DNA of 64,000 bases, taken from Podarcis cretensis (lineage: Eukaryota). This document shows, piece by piece, positions 60,558 through 64,000 of the stretch. The stretch is taken from contig OX638163.1 of assembly GCA_951804945.1 (NCBI GenBank), positions 32,736,001-32,800,000 on the forward strand, given 5' to 3'. The position numbers were made by a program, and so were the translations under genes. Under the pieces are notes generated by a model. That model was not told where the DNA came from. It saw only the letters and a program-made list of their open reading frames with translations, and did no database searches. The stretch's first letter is position 1. Every line of letters starts with the position of its first letter.

Positions 60558-61102
60558 GTAATGAAAAGCCCCTCTGTATGAGTTCCCCTCTGTGTTTTTT
60601 CAGTTCTGATAGGTAAGCCCTGTTTTGTAGGGTTCCATCACTCGGGGAAGTATCTTTTGGGATTTGCAGCAGAGTCTGCTTTAGGATGGCCCCTATGATC
60701 TCATGCAACACATCTCAACAAGCATTTGGGGCAAATAGGAAGCACACAGATGCAGTTATATTTTAGAAAAACTTTTCATCTTACCTCTGCCTTGGCTTTA
60801 AGCAAGAAAGGCTTCAGTGATACTTCTGAAATTTAATTATTTATTCACCATAAATATTCCCAGGTTGAGTCACATAAGAATAAAACAAATACTATTAAAA
60901 AATTTAAAGGAAGATTGAGAGCAGTGGATTAGCAACTGTAAACAATTAAATTGTTTCAGTTTTCAGAGTTAGCAGCTGGTGGGTGGGTGTTAAAGAAATA
61001 TATTTCCATGGTGCTGAAAAGTTAGCAAAGTAGGTATCAGGTGGCCCTCCTTTAGTAGAGCATTTCAGAGACACATGGTATGTCACAAAGTGAGAAGACC
61101 CT

Positions 61103-61281
61103 GGCTACATTCACACCATGCATTTAAACACCTGCTTTTCCCCTACAATCCTGAGAACTGTCATTTATTAAGGGTGCTGGGAACTGTAGCTCTGTGAGGG
61201 ATAAACTACAGTTCTGAGGATTCTTATTTGGGGAACAGGTGTGATTTAAATGTGCTTGACATGTATGTTGGATACACAGCC
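61103..61281. mobile_element. Second palindromic MITE family (also about 11570-11749 and 63500-63689)
   Basis: CCTGGGAACTGTAG...ACTACAG(T/C)TC(C/T)CAG(G/A)ATTCTT core shared by three loci. Confidence 0.6.
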
Positions 61282-61859
61282 CCTCTCTCCATACCTCACC
61301 CCCTCACTTTGATGTTTGAGGAAGCCTCTGATGAGCACATTGGCAAACTGATGTGAAATCTCAAGTCCATAGTCATTGCTTTGATTTTTTTTCCCCTCCA
61401 ACCTTTGATTATTATATTTGAAGACCTACCTCTTTTTATCCTGCTAAGAAATCCTCCTCTGCCCCTTCCTTTTCATGCAGTAGCAAGAACACAGTCACAT
61501 TGACTTTACTGCATGGCTGATTCCCAAATGACTGCAGACACCACAAGGTTACGTAGTGTCACCAAGCAATGCTGCATCTTGCAAAATCGCTCAGAAGTGC
61601 TTCTGTCCAGCCATTCAATTGCAAGCACACAAACCTTCTGTGGGAGTGAGGGAGGCTGAATGATGAGAAGAGGTTGCTATATGAGTCATGGCTTAGAAAT
61701 TTGGCTCCTTTTTCTATAATGTGTCTCTGGCATAGGAAGGGGCATTGGGAAAATGCAAATGTCTCTGGCAACATTGGTACACACAATCTCATGCTTTTTT
61801 TACAGGTGGAATTATAGCAGAAATGACTGAGCAATTAAGTCACGTATGAGGCCAAATAA

Positions 61860-62201
61860 GGGACGCGGGTGGCGCTGTGGGTTAAACCACAGAGCCTAGG
61901 ACTTGCCGATCAGAAGGTTGGCGGTTCGAATCCCTGTGACGGGGTGAGCTCCTGCTCCTGCCAACCTAGCAGTTCGAAAGCACGTCAAAGTGCAAGTAGA
62001 TAAATAGGTACTGCTCCGGCGGGAAGGTAAACGGCGTTTTCGTGCACTGCTCTGGTTCGCCAGAAGCGGCTTAGTCCTGCTGGCCACATGACCCGGAAGC
62101 TGTACACCGGCTCCCTCAGCCAATAAAGCAAGATGAGCGCTGCAACCCCAGAGTCTGTCACGACTGGACCTAATGGTCAGGGGTCCCTTTACCTTTACCT
62201 T
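61860..62201 (+). mobile_element. Sauria SINE with a short internal deletion
   Basis: Same family; (ACCTTT)n tail; TATGAGGC on both flanks. Confidence 0.87.
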
Positions 62202-64000
62202 TATGAGGCTTCACAATCGTGCTGCACAAGCATAGAAATTTGATAATTGGTGGAAAATTCAGCATCCTGGGAATTTCCTGGGGATTTGAAAAGCAAGTTT
62301 CTAGTCCTTCAGTTTGCAAAGTTAATATGTAATACCTGTCACAATCTCAGAAGTGAGCAAGTGGGGCTGAGCAAGATTTCCAGTAAGAAGCCCTTAACAG
62401 TTGTGTTTCTGTATTCTATGAGAAGCAAAGAAAAATCAGTCCTGTACATTAATAGTGAAAGTTCTCTGACTCTGAATCTTAATTTTGCTGAAATATCAAA
62501 ACTGCATAAGAAGGAATTAGCAGCAGGCTCAGAGGAACCTTGTAGAAACACAAAAACCTTAAGGGAATAAAAGCTATAAAGGTGGCGGATGGGAACTAAG
62601 TGAGGATTGAGCAAATTTAGTAGGCACAGAATGATGATGGAGTTTTGTGTGGGAGGGGGAATGGAACCTGGAAAGATAGAAAGAATGTGTGGCCTGGACC
62701 TTGAACACTCCAAGCAAGACACTTAGCACTGCAAGATTTTGTTGCAGGTTCGACTTGTTGGTGTAACATAAGCAGACACATTAGGGTTGCTTAATTTGCA
62801 CAATTTATGCAGGTTATAGGATTTGGTTTCTCTTGGCACCAAACAATGCAGCATATGCACAGCCTTGGAATATGCAGAAACAACAATTTGGCCTTTAATT
62901 CTGGGTGGACATTTTCTGCATGTTATGAGGGATTTGATTTATTTCTATACATTGTTTAATACTTAATCCATTTTGGAGGGCATAGCTGGTGTTTGTGTGA
63001 ATGAACCTGCTTTATTATAGAAAGGCATGGTATAAATGCTGGGGGAAAATGAATAAGGGTTCCTGGTTATTGACTGAAGCAGGGCAGTCCAACTTTTCAT
63101 ACTAAGTGGGCTGCAAGAGCACTTCAACACAGAACCAGCAAACCGCATGCCGTGTTGTCACGGGGACTGGAAAGCCAAAATGTGATGCCCCCCTCATGCA
63201 GCCAGATAAATGAGGTACTGGTTTTTGGCAAGGAGGTATGAGACTTAAGCAGCACCACCTCCTTCCCAAAGCTGGTGAAGCAGGAACAAGGTTTTGGAAA
63301 GGAGGCAGGAGGACCCTCTTGCCTCCTTTTCAAAGCCTAGTGCCTTACTTACATGGTTGGGGAGAGTCAAACGTTGCTGAGGGCCACCTATAAGGCCTCA
63401 TGGGTGACATGTGGCCCTCGGGCCATGTGTTGAACCGTCCTGGTATGAAGGAATACCGTGTAGCAATTTTTCTGGAGCCTAGCAAGTCTGAGGACTCATG
63501 TGTGCTATACTTTCAGTAAAATGTCCTGGGAACTGTAGTTTTGTAAGGGTGCTGAGAGTCTTTAGGAGACCCGCCCCCCATTACCTTTGCAGAGCCACAG
63601 TTACCAACACCCTTAACAAACTACAGTTCTCAGAATTCTTTGGGGGAAGCCAAAGCCAAAGCCAGGATATTGCTTTAAATATATAGTGTTCATCGGGTTT
63701 GAGAGTGGTCAGTGCCTGGATGGGAGGCTGCCTAGGAGCTCTATATATGCTGCCTTAAACTCTATGAAATAAAGGGGGAATATAAATGTTTGGTTGGTTT
63801 TTCAAATTAGAATTTTACAGTCACGTGTCCAACTTACAACATAAAAACAAGATTCCAAGGAATCTCCTGGACTTCCCTCCTCCGCTTTGTGGGTCCTATT
63901 GTTAATCATTTCCTCCTGCATTATTTATGATAATCCAGAATCTTTTACCTCTCCATTGTGTCCAAAATTCACCATTAAAATACAAGTGATATTCCAATCC

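Overview
Vertebrate genomic DNA, almost certainly a squamate (four Sauria-type SINEs with (ACCTTT)n tails, Squam3-like SINEs, CR1, many short hAT and Tc1/mariner MITEs; lacertid origin is plausible but is inference). Three genes are reconstructed exon by exon from splice sites and remembered orthologue sequences. BCORL1 is on + (5' CpG island 1-2600, 13 coding exons 10190-28377, about 1490 aa, one GC-AG intron). AIFM1 is on - (58833-35355, about 600 aa). The first two exons of an intron-containing mitochondrial methionyl-tRNA synthetase MARS2 are on + from 59055, head-to-head with AIFM1 across 221 bp. Highlights: both mutually exclusive AIFM1 exons 2a and 2b (the mammalian AIF1/AIF2 system) are intact; there is a candidate 30-nt symmetric AIFM1 micro-exon; MARS2 is spliced and shares a bidirectional promoter with AIFM1 (mammalian MARS2 is intronless and elsewhere); ELF4 is not seen between BCORL1 and AIFM1; a U1 snRNA-SINE chimera lies antisense in an AIFM1 intron; an identical 87-bp direct repeat brackets AIFM1 exons 4-5; and hAT MITEs carry ZNF143/THAP11-like motifs. 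No database searches were run, so novelty is unverified and repeat boundaries are approximate unless TSDs are given.
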